In this document: positions 15,496 to 25,643 of the stretch, piece by piece
How the letters are laid out: the number at the start of each line of letters is the position of its first letter
How positions within the stretch are numbered: the stretch's first letter is position 1
Source: an uncultured Muribaculaceae bacterium
Lineage (GTDB): Bacteria; Pseudomonadota; Alphaproteobacteria; Rs-D84
Direction: 5' to 3'
NCBI GenBank assembly: GCA_965231035.1
Contig: OZ246409.1
Coordinates: 391,101-423,100, forward strand
DNA: 32,000 bases
Made by a program: the position numbers and the translations under genes
The notes under the pieces: generated by a model
Database searches by the model: none
What the model was told of the DNA's origin: nothing
The model's input: only the letters and a program-made list of their open reading frames with translations

Positions 15496-16017
15496 ATGAA
15501 CAAAACTTTTGTATTACTAAAACAACTTTTTAACTTTAAACCAACAATAATAAAACAGGAGTATGAACTAAAAAACGATACAAATATAAATAATAAAAAA
15601 ATTTCCAAGTACCACAGTGTATCATACGAAGAACTTCGAGAAAATACTTTCGTTGAACTTTTTCTTGAAGAAAAATTCAATAAAGTTCAAGAAATAAACC
15701 TTGTATATTCGGAAATACAAACTTTATTATATCTTAAAGAAGACGTATCTAAACAGTTAGTTCAGAAATTAAAAGAATCTCTGGAAAAATATGAAAGAAT
15801 CGATTGGCCAGCCGTTAAATCTGTAACGAAAAAAGCAACTCCAACTCGTACAGTTTTAACCCATTTCAATTTTATCAAGAGAACACTTCAGATGTCACAC
15901 GAGCTTTACTCGGATATAAAACAAACTGAAATGGCAAGGGCACAAGAAATTTACACAATGGTTGATATTAGAAAAAGGAATATAGTTTCATCTTGGGTTC
16001 CCTCTATGAGTATGTAG
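15496..16017 (+). CDS. hypothetical protein (173 aa)
   Basis: Strong SD (TTAGGAGGGAAAACATATG) and a GC-rich terminator follows. No family recognised. Confidence 0.55.
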   Translation: MNKTFVLLKQLFNFKPTIIKQEYELKNDTNINNKKISKYHSVSYEELRENTFVELFLEEKFNKVQEINLVYSEIQTLLYLKEDVSKQLVQKLKESLEKYERIDWPAVKSVTKKATPTRTVLTHFNFIKRTLQMSHELYSDIKQTEMARAQEIYTMVDIRKRNIVSSWVPSMSM

Positions 16018-16034
16018 TTTTCTATACTCATAAT

Positions 16035-16066
16035 AAAAACGCCCCGAAAGGGGCGTTTTTATTTTT
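16035..16066. terminator. bidirectional rho-independent terminator between the 15496 ORF and ppdK
   Basis: AAAAACGCCCC-GAAA-GGGGCGTTTTT followed by ATTTTT, located between convergent genes. Confidence 0.85.
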
Positions 16067-16069
16067 ACA

Positions 16070-18727
16070 TTACTTACGCGGCTTTTTAACCGCGGCTTGG
16101 GCTGCTGCCAATCTGGCGATTGGTACACGGAAAGGACTACACGATACAAAGTCCATACCACATTCATGAAAGAATTGTATTGATTCTGGATCGCCACCAT
16201 GTTCACCACAAACACCAATGTGAATATTGTGACCTTTGACTTTACGTCCCAATTCAACTGCATTCTTTACTAATTTACCAACTCCGTTTTGATCAATTGA
16301 AACAAAAGGATCTGCAACATAAACACCACGAGCACGATATTCTTCCAAAATTGTACCAGTATCATCACGTGACATTCCCAGTGTGGTTTGTGTCAAATCG
16401 TTTGTTCCAAATCCAAAGAATTCTGAAATTTCTGCAATTTCATCAGCCAACAATGCTGCACGTGGCAATTCAATCATTGAACCAATCTTGTATTCAATTT
16501 TTGAACCCTTGGCTGCGAATATTTGTTCTGCAGTGCTTTCTATTACAGATTTTACAATATCCAATTCTTTCTTTGAACCAACCAATGGAACTTCTATTTC
16601 AGGTATTACTTTTACACCTGCAGATTTACATTCAATTGCAGCCTCCAGTATTGCGCGAGTTTGCATTTCAGCAATTTCAGGATAAGTGATTACCAATCTG
16701 CAACCACGGTGTCCCAACATTGGATTCTGTTCATGCAAAGCGTTGCTGCGTTCTTTGATAAATTCAACTGGTTTACCAATATGATCCGACAGTTCTTTGA
16801 TTTCAGCGTCCGTATGTGGCAAGAATTCATGCAATGGTGGATCAATCAAACGAATCGTAACCGGCAGACCATCCATAATTTTGAACAGGTCCACAAAGTC
16901 TTGTCTTTGATATGGTAACAGTTTTTCCAATGCTATGCGACGACCTGCTTCGTCAGATGCCAAAATCATTTCACGCATATCTTGGATACGTGATGGGTCA
17001 AAGAACATATGTTCTGTACGCGCCAGACCGATACCTTCGGCACCAAAACTGCGCGCCATCTTTGCGTCACGTGGGGTTTCTGCATTTGCACGAATTTCCA
17101 GTGATTTAATCTGGTCTACCCATTCCATCAATTTTCCAAAGTTTCCTGTCATCTCAACCGATACAGTTGGAACCTGACCTTCGATAATTTCACCCTTGGC
17201 ACCATCAATAGAAACCCAATCACCTTCCTTAATAACTGCACCAGATGTTGTTTTCATAGTCTTGGACGCATAGTCGATTTTAATATCAGCACATCCAGAA
17301 ACGCATGGACGACCCATTCCGCGTGCAACAACCGCCGCGTGTGATGTCATACCACCACGTGCTGTGATAATACCCTGGGCGGCATCCATACCTGCAATAT
17401 CTTCTGGGCTGGTTTCAATACGAACCAGCATAATTTTTTCGCCACGTTTTTTCCATTCTTCGGCATCATTGGCTGAAAATACTGCACGACCAACTGCTGC
17501 GCCTGGGGATGCAGGCAATCCAGTTGCGATAATATTCTTTGGTGCCTTTGGATCCAACATAGGATGTAACAGATGATTTAACTGATCTGCACCAACTCGC
17601 AAAATTGCCTCTTCTTTGGTCAGTAATTTTTCTTCTACCATTTCAACAGCAATGCGAACTGCGGCTGCGGCTGTACGTTTTCCATTTCTGGTCTGCAACA
17701 TCCACAGTTTTTTATGTTCGATAGTAAATTCCATATCTTGCATATCTTTGTAATGATTTTCCAGTTTGTTACGTGCTGCAAATAATTCTGCAAAAACTTC
17801 TGGCATGGCTTCTTCCAAAGAAACACGACCACTTTTATCATGTGTCATTGGTTGTGGTGTGCGAATACCAGCCACAACGTCTTCACCTTGGGCATTGATT
17901 AAATATTCGCCATAGAATTTATTTTCGCCAGTTGCAGGGTCGCGTGAAAAACATACACCAGTCGCCGAATCATCACCTGAATTTCCAAATACCATTGCCT
18001 GAACATTCACTGCTGTTCCCCAATCACCTGGAATGTTATTCAACTTACGATAAGTAACTGCTTTCTTGGTCATCCACGAACCAAATACTGCACCAATACC
18101 TGCATACAGTTGTTCCCAAGGATCTTGTGGAACTGGTTTACCTAAATTTTCACCAATCTTTTTAAATTGAACAACCAGTTCTTTTAAATCAGCAACTGTT
18201 AATTCATTATCAAATTTATAACCTTTTTCATCTTTCATATGTTCCAATGTGTGTTCGAACAAATCGATATCAGCTTCCAAAACAACATCCGAAAACATCA
18301 TCAAGAAACGGCGGTACGAATCGTATGCCATACGTTCATCACCAGTAAATTCAGCCAAACCTTTAACTGTTTCGTCATTCAAACCCAAATTCAAAACAGT
18401 ATTCATCATACCAGGCATAGAAACACGTGCCCCAGAACGAACAGATAACAACAAAGGATTCTTTAAATCGCCAAACTTATGACCCATAACTTTTTCAACA
18501 TGAGATATACCCTGTTCAACCTGGCCTTTTAAATCATTAGGATAGTTTTTATTATTTTCATAATAATAAGTACAAACCTCGGTCGTGACGGTAAATCCTG
18601 CTGGAACCGGCAGACCAACCAGGTTCATTTCTGCAAGATTTGCACCCTTGCCACCCAAGAGATTTTTCATATCTGCTTTTCCTTCGGCTTTGCCATCACC
18701 AAAGGTATATACCCATTTGTTTGACAT
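16070..18727 (-). CDS. ppdK: pyruvate, phosphate dikinase
   Basis: 885 aa. N-terminus WVYTFGDGKAEG...LLGGKGANLAEM, phospho-His region GGMTSHAAVVARGMG, PEP/pyruvate domain IGLARTEHMF and GTNDLTQ, and GVCGEHGGDP near the C-terminus. Confidence 0.95.
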   Translation of the reverse strand: MSNKWVYTFGDGKAEGKADMKNLLGGKGANLAEMNLVGLPVPAGFTVTTEVCTYYYENNKNYPNDLKGQVEQGISHVEKVMGHKFGDLKNPLLLSVRSGARVSMPGMMNTVLNLGLNDETVKGLAEFTGDERMAYDSYRRFLMMFSDVVLEADIDLFEHTLEHMKDEKGYKFDNELTVADLKELVVQFKKIGENLGKPVPQDPWEQLYAGIGAVFGSWMTKKAVTYRKLNNIPGDWGTAVNVQAMVFGNSGDDSATGVCFSRDPATGENKFYGEYLINAQGEDVVAGIRTPQPMTHDKSGRVSLEEAMPEVFAELFAARNKLENHYKDMQDMEFTIEHKKLWMLQTRNGKRTAAAAVRIAVEMVEEKLLTKEEAILRVGADQLNHLLHPMLDPKAPKNIIATGLPASPGAAVGRAVFSANDAEEWKKRGEKIMLVRIETSPEDIAGMDAAQGIITARGGMTSHAAVVARGMGRPCVSGCADIKIDYASKTMKTTSGAVIKEGDWVSIDGAKGEIIEGQVPTVSVEMTGNFGKLMEWVDQIKSLEIRANAETPRDAKMARSFGAEGIGLARTEHMFFDPSRIQDMREMILASDEAGRRIALEKLLPYQRQDFVDLFKIMDGLPVTIRLIDPPLHEFLPHTDAEIKELSDHIGKPVEFIKERSNALHEQNPMLGHRGCRLVITYPEIAEMQTRAILEAAIECKSAGVKVIPEIEVPLVGSKKELDIVKSVIESTAEQIFAAKGSKIEYKIGSMIELPRAALLADEIAEISEFFGFGTNDLTQTTLGMSRDDTGTILEEYRARGVYVADPFVSIDQNGVGKLVKNAVELGRKVKGHNIHIGVCGEHGGDPESIQFFHECGMDFVSCSPFRVPIARLAAAQAAVKKPRK

Positions 18728-18840
18728 TTTTTACTCCATTTTTTATTTTGAAAACGTAACCCGAAAATTATAGCAAAACCATCCCGAAAATTCGAGTAAT
18801 ATTTTTGAATTTCAACGTTGTATTTTTGGCACCAAAAAGC

Positions 18841-20169
18841 TTATCTTTTCAGATATCTAGAAGGATCATAAGCTTTGGTTCCTTTGCGGATTTCAAAATG
18901 CAATTGTGGTCTTTCAACTTTGCCTGTTTGACCCACAGTTCCGATTTGCTGACCAACAACAACTCTGACACCACGACGTACAGACATAGTATCCATATGT
19001 GCATAAACTGTCATCCATCCACCAGAGTGTTGAATAATTACCAGATTGCCCATACCTTTTAATTCATTTCCAGCATATGCAACTACACCATTTTCGGCTG
19101 CTCCAATCTTGGTACCTGAAGAAGCTGCAATATTCATACCATCGTTGTAAAGACCATTGGACTTTGCACCATAGTCTGACAATATTCTACCTCTGACTGG
19201 CCAAGTAAATTTAGAAGAAGATCTAGATGCAATCGAAGGCAATGCTTTAGACGGGTCAGAAGATATCTTTGGTGTCGATACAGGTGCCTTAATTACCATT
19301 GGAACAACAACTGGCTTTGTTGGTGTTGCCTTTAATCCAGATTTTGCCACGGTTACTATTTTAACTGGTTCAACTTTTACCTCTGTTTCTTTCAGTTTTG
19401 GAACTTTTAATTTCTGCCCTACAGATAATGTAAACGGTGCAGATAATTTATTCATAACTGCTAAATCGTTAACAGGTATTGAATATTTTCTTGAAACAGA
19501 ATAAAGGGTATCGCCCGCCCCAACTGTTATTTCTGTTAATTCAACTTTGGTTATTTTTGGTTCTGGTTTTTGAACAGGTTGTACAATATTTATTTTTTCT
19601 ACTGGTTTTTCGACCACTTCTGGTATTGGCTGTGGTTGTTTAGCAATTTTCAATTTTTGCCCGATTGATAATTTATAAGGCTTTTGTAAATTATTTATAC
19701 TTGCAAATTCATCAACCGACAAAGAATGTTTCTTAGACAAAGAATAAACAGTATCGCCTTTGGCCACTGTTATTTCATCTGATTCAACTGGCTCAGACTT
19801 GTAAACAGGAACTTTTAAATAATCATCAGGGATTTTCGGCGAAACAGTTTTTTGCGCAATTACAGATTGATTTTTCACCGGACTTTGTTGAATTGATTCT
19901 TGGGGTGGTAATGTATAATCTTCGACACTGGAATATAAAATATAATCATCTATATCCGCATTTCCGTATAACTCTGGCGATGCATAAACACCATAGTCCG
20001 CAGCAGCCGAGTTATAAATTTCTGGCTGTTTTTCTGGATCCGCCAACAACGCTGGATAACGATTAGAAATAAATTCACCAACCGAATCCGGAATAGATGC
20101 AATTTTTGGTTGCAAATCACATGCCGACAACGCAAGCACTGTACAAAAGAAACCTAGAAGCTTTTTCAC
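18841..20169 (-). CDS. nlpD: LysM-domain M23 family metallopeptidase lipoprotein (NlpD-like)
   Basis: Lipobox VLALSAC. Two LysM repeats (ITVAKGDTVYSLSKKHSLSVDEFASINNL...IGQKLKI and ITVGAGDTLYSVSRKYSIPVNDLAVMNKL...VGQKLKV). M23 core GMNIAASSGT...VIIQHSGGWMTVYAHMD...PQLHFEIRKG. Confidence 0.85.
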   Translation of the reverse strand: MKKLLGFFCTVLALSACDLQPKIASIPDSVGEFISNRYPALLADPEKQPEIYNSAAADYGVYASPELYGNADIDDYILYSSVEDYTLPPQESIQQSPVKNQSVIAQKTVSPKIPDDYLKVPVYKSEPVESDEITVAKGDTVYSLSKKHSLSVDEFASINNLQKPYKLSIGQKLKIAKQPQPIPEVVEKPVEKINIVQPVQKPEPKITKVELTEITVGAGDTLYSVSRKYSIPVNDLAVMNKLSAPFTLSVGQKLKVPKLKETEVKVEPVKIVTVAKSGLKATPTKPVVVPMVIKAPVSTPKISSDPSKALPSIASRSSSKFTWPVRGRILSDYGAKSNGLYNDGMNIAASSGTKIGAAENGVVAYAGNELKGMGNLVIIQHSGGWMTVYAHMDTMSVRRGVRVVVGQQIGTVGQTGKVERPQLHFEIRKGTKAYDPSRYLKR

Positions 20170-20212
20170 ACCGTAAATTATATCACAAAAATAAATACAA
20201 ATAAACCATTGC

Positions 20213-20944
20213 TTAGGCGGTAATTTTCTCAGATTTTGGTGTTTTTTTCATAAACAGTATACTGATTTCGAATAACGCGCACATTGGTATTGCCAACAAA
20301 AGCTGTGTTACCATATCTGTTGTTGGTGTCAATATTGCAGCCGCAACGAATATTATAACAATTGCATACCTGCGTGCTTTTACAACAGTTTCTCTTGGTA
20401 AAATTCCCAACTTGTTTAATAAAACTAAAATCAAAGGCATCTGGAAAGCAATTCCAAACATCTTTAACAAATCAATCGTAAATTTCAGATAATCCGTCAC
20501 AGCAGGCATTAATATTGCTGGAACTGGTGAAGCCTGATTCATATCCACAAACAGTTTAAACGTTACTGGCAACATTACATAAAATGCAAAAAGCGCGCCT
20601 ATAATAAACAGCAATGGTGATAAAATAACAATCGGTAAAATAACCCGTTTTTCATTACTGTGTAACCCTGGGGAAACATAAGCCCAAATGTGCCACAAAA
20701 CAGCAGGAATTGTCAGAACAATTGCAAACACTGTTGATAAAGAAAATTGAATTAAAATACCGTCCGTTAACCCGGTATAAAGCATTTTTCCATCTGGCCA
20801 AACAGATGTCAAAGGTTCAGTTAACAACTTTTGTAAAAAAGGTGTAATAAACCAGCCAACCGCAAATGCAATTGTAAAAATAAGAAATATCCACAGAAGA
20901 CGTCTGCGAAGTTCTGCAAAATGTTGCATTAATGTCATCTTCAT
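20213..20944 (-). CDS. tatC: twin-arginine translocase subunit TatC
   Basis: HFAELRRRLL N-terminus, six hydrophobic segments and 243 aa. The start overlaps the tatB stop (TAATG). Confidence 0.9.
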   Translation of the reverse strand: MKMTLMQHFAELRRRLLWIFLIFTIAFAVGWFITPFLQKLLTEPLTSVWPDGKMLYTGLTDGILIQFSLSTVFAIVLTIPAVLWHIWAYVSPGLHSNEKRVILPIVILSPLLFIIGALFAFYVMLPVTFKLFVDMNQASPVPAILMPAVTDYLKFTIDLLKMFGIAFQMPLILVLLNKLGILPRETVVKARRYAIVIIFVAAAILTPTTDMVTQLLLAIPMCALFEISILFMKKTPKSEKITA

Positions 20945-21255
20945 TATTTTAACGGCTTTTTATTTGGTGATTTTTTCTTTTTTACAGAACTTGATTTTTT
21001 ATTCTTTGGACGAACCGATGAAAACCCACCCAGCATATCATCTGTGGTATTTTTTATCAGATCGTTTATTGGTTTTTCTAATTCTATTTGTTCTTTGATC
21101 TGTTCCGAGGCATCAGATATTTTCCAAATTAAATCACGAATAACTTTTACACATTTTGCCAAAAACTTGGCAACTTCGGGCCAATTTTCGGCTGGGATTA
21201 CGATTATCGCAACCAATATTATTACAAAAAATTCTGCCCATCCGATTCCGAACAT
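20944..21255 (-). CDS. tatB: twin-arginine translocase subunit TatB-like (TatA/B family)
   Basis: MFGIGWAEFFVIILVAIIVI N-terminal TM segment followed by an amphipathic helix and a Lys-rich tail, immediately upstream of tatC. Confidence 0.7.
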   Translation of the reverse strand: MFGIGWAEFFVIILVAIIVIPAENWPEVAKFLAKCVKVIRDLIWKISDASEQIKEQIELEKPINDLIKNTTDDMLGGFSSVRPKNKKSSSVKKKKSPNKKPLK

Positions 21256-21272
21256 TTTAAATTTCCAATTTG

Positions 21273-21881
21273 TTATTCATAATAAGAATCCCCACCAGCA
21301 ACAGAAACTGTCTTGTGGCGTTGAATTTGAAAATAATTTTTTACAAAATCTGTCTTGGTTTTTAAATCATTGAATACGACCGCAGTTTTGACACCAGTTG
21401 CGTCAACAACCGTCCAAGAGTTTAACTTTACTGGATTGTTATCAAAAACAACTGTCATATTACCTGCCCCTTCGTTATCACGCATATGCATTTTTAATGA
21501 AAAAGTTTTTTCGCCTGATGCAGTATCAGAAACAACAATATCCGAATTTCTTAAATTTATATTTTTTCTGATTAAAATTCCAGCTGGTGTACTGGTCAAA
21601 GGTACAGTTGTTATTTGATCCAAAGATTTATCAAAGAAATATAAATCTGAACCATCAGAAATTAGTTGAACCGGTAAACTGGTATAATCCAATCTGATGC
21701 GTCCGGGACGCAACATTGAAAAAGTTCCCAAATCTTTTTTACCCTTGGCAACCTGGGTAAAATTCCCAGACAATCCAGTAATTGAATTCAAATATTTTTC
21801 AGCTTTTACAACCTGTGCCGAATCAACCACCGCGTACGCAGGCATAGTTAAAAACAAAAATAATAAATATATTTTTTTCAT
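21273..21881 (-). CDS. lolA: outer-membrane lipoprotein carrier protein LolA
   Basis: Signal peptide, then LSGNFTQ...GTFSMLRPGRIRLDYTSLPVQLISDGSDLYFFDKSLDQIT, typical of LolA. Confidence 0.8.
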   Translation of the reverse strand: MKKIYLLFLFLTMPAYAVVDSAQVVKAEKYLNSITGLSGNFTQVAKGKKDLGTFSMLRPGRIRLDYTSLPVQLISDGSDLYFFDKSLDQITTVPLTSTPAGILIRKNINLRNSDIVVSDTASGEKTFSLKMHMRDNEGAGNMTVVFDNNPVKLNSWTVVDATGVKTAVVFNDLKTKTDFVKNYFQIQRHKTVSVAGGDSYYE

Positions 21882-21896
21882 GAATAAATCCTAATA

Positions 21897-23666
21897 TTAC
21901 ACAGATAAGTCTTCTAAAATAAACTGGGCTGTGATTCTGCCATTATGTTCATTTTCTTTTAATTCTCCCAGCATTGTTATTTTAGTATTTGTATTCGCAT
22001 CGTCCAGCAAAAAATCACCAACTGGGGTTCCTGTTAAATTAAAACCTACAAATGGTAATTGTTTTCCACTGCTGGTGCTGACCATTCCGCGCAAATGTGC
22101 CCCACTGCCCATAACCGAGGCATGAATCAAAGTCCCACCATGCAGCACCAATACAGGCTCTGGATTACCCTGACCAAATGGTTCCAACAGGGATAATTTT
22201 TGAATCATATCCATATTTGCACCACCAGCATCAATTTCTGCGTCAACAATAACTTCTTGGGTTGGTATTTCACCATTTAACTGTTTTGATACTTGATCCT
22301 CCAAGAAGTTACAAAAATCTTTTTCTTTTTCAGCTGGTAAAGTAAACCCTGCTGCGGCTGCGTGTCCACCACCTTCGGAAATAACACCGTTCGCCAATGC
22401 ATCATGAATTATTTTTCCCAAATCAACCCCAGGTATTGAACGACCAGAACCATTTATAATCCCATCAATTTTTGTTGCTACACACGAAGGTAAATTATAT
22501 TTGTCTTTTAACCGACCTGCGATAATTCCCATGACTCCGCCGTGCCATTTATCACCACAAACAAACAAGCTGAATTTTCCAGATTCGCAACATTTCTTTG
22601 CCATTTCAGTTGCATTTATCATAATTGCATTTTGAATATCTATTCGTTCTTGATTCATTTTATGCAATTTGTTTGCCAAATCATTTGCAATTAAAACATT
22701 ATCCGTCAGCAATAAATCCAAAGCCGGTGCAGCAGAATCCAAACGCCCAGCAGCATTCAAACGTGGCCCAATTGCAAACCCAGCCGCATAAACAGATGGT
22801 TTTTTTATTCCCGCAATATCCATCAAAACCCGCAAACCCAGATTATTTCGCAGACCCAAAACCTTTAATCCTGTTGAAACCAGCGCACGGTTTAATCCAA
22901 TCAACGGCATTGTATCACAAATAGTTCCCAATGCGACTAAATCCAAATAATTTAACAGGTTTATATTTTCTATCTTCTTTTTTTCGTCTTCGGTTTTTGC
23001 AAACTCTCGCAGTTTTCTGTTCACTGCAACCAATGTTAAAAATGCAACACCAACACCAGCCAAATAAGATAATCCAGAATTGTCATCTGCGCGCTTTGGG
23101 TTTACAATCGCATCTGCATCAGGTAACTTTGCGTCTGGTGAATGGTGATCTGTAACAATTATCTGCATACCCAGTTCTTTGGCATGTTTAACCTCGCTCA
23201 CACCGCTGATTCCACAATCAACAGTAATTATTACTTCAACACCTTGTTTTGCAAACGATTCAACTGTCTCGATATTCAGACCGTACCCTTCGCCTTCGCG
23301 GGTTGGTAAATGCCAGATTGGATTCAAACCCAATTCTCTTAAATATTTTACAAAAATAGCAGTAGATGTTATTCCATCAACATCATAGTCGCCATAAATT
23401 GCAATTTTTTTATTCTGAATAATTGCATCTGCAATCAAAGCAGCTGCCTTGTCCATATCAGTCAAAACATTTGGATCAGGCATATATTCTTTGATACTGG
23501 GATTTAAAAAATTTGAAATTCTATTACTGCCCGATATACCACGGGAATTCAAAATTTTTTCTATTAAAACATTTTCTTCAACACTCTCGCTGGGAACATA
23601 GTCTGCGGCATTATCAGCCACAACCCACGCCTTTCCCAGCATGGACTTTTCTACTATCTTTCTCAC
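21897..23666 (-). CDS. recJ: single-stranded-DNA-specific exonuclease RecJ
   Basis: DHH family motifs IYGDYDVDGITS, ITVDCGISG and IVTDHH, a DHHA1 region GGGHAAAAG, and 589 aa. Confidence 0.9.
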   Translation of the reverse strand: MRKIVEKSMLGKAWVVADNAADYVPSESVEENVLIEKILNSRGISGSNRISNFLNPSIKEYMPDPNVLTDMDKAAALIADAIIQNKKIAIYGDYDVDGITSTAIFVKYLRELGLNPIWHLPTREGEGYGLNIETVESFAKQGVEVIITVDCGISGVSEVKHAKELGMQIIVTDHHSPDAKLPDADAIVNPKRADDNSGLSYLAGVGVAFLTLVAVNRKLREFAKTEDEKKKIENINLLNYLDLVALGTICDTMPLIGLNRALVSTGLKVLGLRNNLGLRVLMDIAGIKKPSVYAAGFAIGPRLNAAGRLDSAAPALDLLLTDNVLIANDLANKLHKMNQERIDIQNAIMINATEMAKKCCESGKFSLFVCGDKWHGGVMGIIAGRLKDKYNLPSCVATKIDGIINGSGRSIPGVDLGKIIHDALANGVISEGGGHAAAAGFTLPAEKEKDFCNFLEDQVSKQLNGEIPTQEVIVDAEIDAGGANMDMIQKLSLLEPFGQGNPEPVLVLHGGTLIHASVMGSGAHLRGMVSTSSGKQLPFVGFNLTGTPVGDFLLDDANTNTKITMLGELKENEHNGRITAQFILEDLSV

Positions 23667-23716
23667 AATAATCTCTTTTTATCAAGATTATTATACCAAA
23701 TAATAAAAACATTGCA

Positions 23717-25342
23717 CTATCTAAAAAGCAAAGGAAGTATATCGTTTAATATCTTACCAGTAGTCGGCACAGCATTCCATGCTGCAGTTCTTAAACCAAA
23801 GGATTCTGGTGTTCCCTTAGGCTCGTCCAGAACTACCATAATTGTGTATTGGGGTGCCTCGATTGGGAAAGCACCAATAAATGCTGTCAGGTTTTTAAAT
23901 CTATCTATTTTTCCATTAATTCTTTTTTCAGCCGTAGCCGTTTTTCCACCAATATTTATTCCTGGAACTTTTGCCAATTTTCCAGATGTTTCTTCGGCTA
24001 TATGAAACATAATATCACGAAGTTTTGCTGATATTTCCGGTGATACAACACGTTCGCCATGTATTGCTCCGACATCACGTTTCTGTAAAGTTGGATAAAT
24101 ATAAATTCCACCATTAATCATTGAATTAACACCCAACAAAACATGCATTGGTGTTACAGAAATACCATGACCAAAAGCAACTGTTGCACGTTCAACCGGT
24201 CCCCATTTTTTTGGTATCAAAGGTCTTTCTGTTTTTCCAAATTCCAAACTTAATGGTTCGTCCATATGTACACGATGGAAAAATTCAGGTTGTGTTCCAT
24301 CCGGCAAATCCAAAGCAATCTGGGCACTTCCTGGATTACAGGAATACAACATTATTTCAGGTACAGACAAACTTGGCCGTATAGGTTTAAATGTAGCAAC
24401 GTCTCTGATTGTGGCGGCTGTGCGTCCAAACTTGTCTAAAATCTTAAACGGTTTTTCAATATAGTATTCTTTATTAATTCCATTTTCAAAAGCCATTGCA
24501 GTATTAAATATTTTAAATATTGAACCCATTTCAAATACACCACGCATAGGCATAAACATACGATTTCTTTCTGGATCAATATTTCTGTTTTCAGGATCAT
24601 AATCAGGCAGTGAAACAATTGCTATGATTTCACCGGTACGCGAATTCATCAACATTCCCATTGCTGAATTTGCATTATATTTTTGCATTGCGAGGGACAG
24701 TTGGTCATAAAAAACAGATTGTATTCTGGAATCCAGGGACAAACGCAATGGATCTTTGTTTTCGCGAAGATAACTGTCATAAACTTTTTCAGCCCCATCC
24801 GCGCCATTTCCACCTTTTTCAACAAAACCGACAATGTGTGAAAATAAACGCTGCTTTGGATAAACACGATTCTGAATAGTTTCTATATCTAATCCTGGGA
24901 CCTTTGCCATGGTTATTAAATTACGCTGTGATTCTGTTGCCAGTTTTTTCACATAAATAAATTGCTTTGATGAATTTGCCAAACTCAACGCCGCAGATAA
25001 CGTGTATTCTTCGGGCAAAGCCTGATGAATTAATGCAGCCACAGCATCTTTATCTTTGATTTGTGGTGTGCGTAAAACAATATTTCCAGACATTACATTC
25101 TTGGCCAAAATATCACCATTTCGATCAATAATATCAGCCCTGGCAACATTCCAAGTATCCCCAGCATCTGACAATCTGGTTCTATTAGTCCCTTGGATTC
25201 CGACCCACAAAGTTTTAACTATGAAAATTGCAAATATTATAATAAAGAAAGAATAAACAAAACGCATACGGCTGCGCCCGGTACTTTCTGTGCCGACAGA
25301 CTTGAATCCATTTTTCAAAACATCTTTGCCGATTTCAAACAT
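23717..25342 (-). CDS. ftsI: peptidoglycan D,D-transpeptidase FtsI (class B PBP)
   Basis: N-terminal TM segment. Transpeptidase motifs SxxK (GSIFKIF), SxN (YSCNPG) and a KTG-like motif (GGKTATAEK). Sits next to the ftsL-like gene. Confidence 0.85.
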   Translation of the reverse strand: MFEIGKDVLKNGFKSVGTESTGRSRMRFVYSFFIIIFAIFIVKTLWVGIQGTNRTRLSDAGDTWNVARADIIDRNGDILAKNVMSGNIVLRTPQIKDKDAVAALIHQALPEEYTLSAALSLANSSKQFIYVKKLATESQRNLITMAKVPGLDIETIQNRVYPKQRLFSHIVGFVEKGGNGADGAEKVYDSYLRENKDPLRLSLDSRIQSVFYDQLSLAMQKYNANSAMGMLMNSRTGEIIAIVSLPDYDPENRNIDPERNRMFMPMRGVFEMGSIFKIFNTAMAFENGINKEYYIEKPFKILDKFGRTAATIRDVATFKPIRPSLSVPEIMLYSCNPGSAQIALDLPDGTQPEFFHRVHMDEPLSLEFGKTERPLIPKKWGPVERATVAFGHGISVTPMHVLLGVNSMINGGIYIYPTLQKRDVGAIHGERVVSPEISAKLRDIMFHIAEETSGKLAKVPGINIGGKTATAEKRINGKIDRFKNLTAFIGAFPIEAPQYTIMVVLDEPKGTPESFGLRTAAWNAVPTTGKILNDILPLLFR

Positions 25343-25351
25343 TTATAACTT

Positions 25352-25636
25352 TTATTGCAAATCTTCTATTGCAACCGATTTGTTAAAACTGATTGGTTCA
25401 GAACGTGGATAAACACGCACAACCATATTTCTAAGAATATCATTTCCAACATATGCCGAAAAACTGGCATCTGCAATCGCAATATCTTGTTGGGTTTTAA
25501 CAATTTCTTTATTAACTTGCGTGCGTGCACGGTTTTGTGTTCGATAGCAAACCTGTAATGCAGCTGTCAGCATTAAAACTGACATAGCCATTGCCAGACC
25601 CAATTTAAACATTCTTTCGTCTTCGTTCATGTACAC
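25352..25636 (-). CDS. ftsL: FtsL-like cell division protein (single TM)
   Basis: 94-aa bitopic protein (LGLAMAMSVLMLTAALQV) immediately upstream of ftsI. Assignment rests on position and topology only. Confidence 0.5.
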   Translation of the reverse strand: MYMNEDERMFKLGLAMAMSVLMLTAALQVCYRTQNRARTQVNKEIVKTQQDIAIADASFSAYVGNDILRNMVVRVYPRSEPISFNKSVAIEDLQ

Positions 25637-25643
25637 AAGTTTA

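Noticed and set aside
5633-16066. Compositional (GC) contrast as evidence for the island
   Set aside because: Hand counts of a few 60-nt windows (31/60 and 28/60 GC in the Hsp70 gene, 33/60 in ppdK) did not separate island from core. GC varies more between conserved genes and AT-rich hypothetical genes than between island and flanks, so it was not used as evidence.
16297-18773. Multiple plus-strand ORFs (60-130 aa) across the ppdK region
   Set aside because: They are antisense shadows of an 885-aa gene with unmistakable PPDK motifs, and none has family resemblance or start signals.
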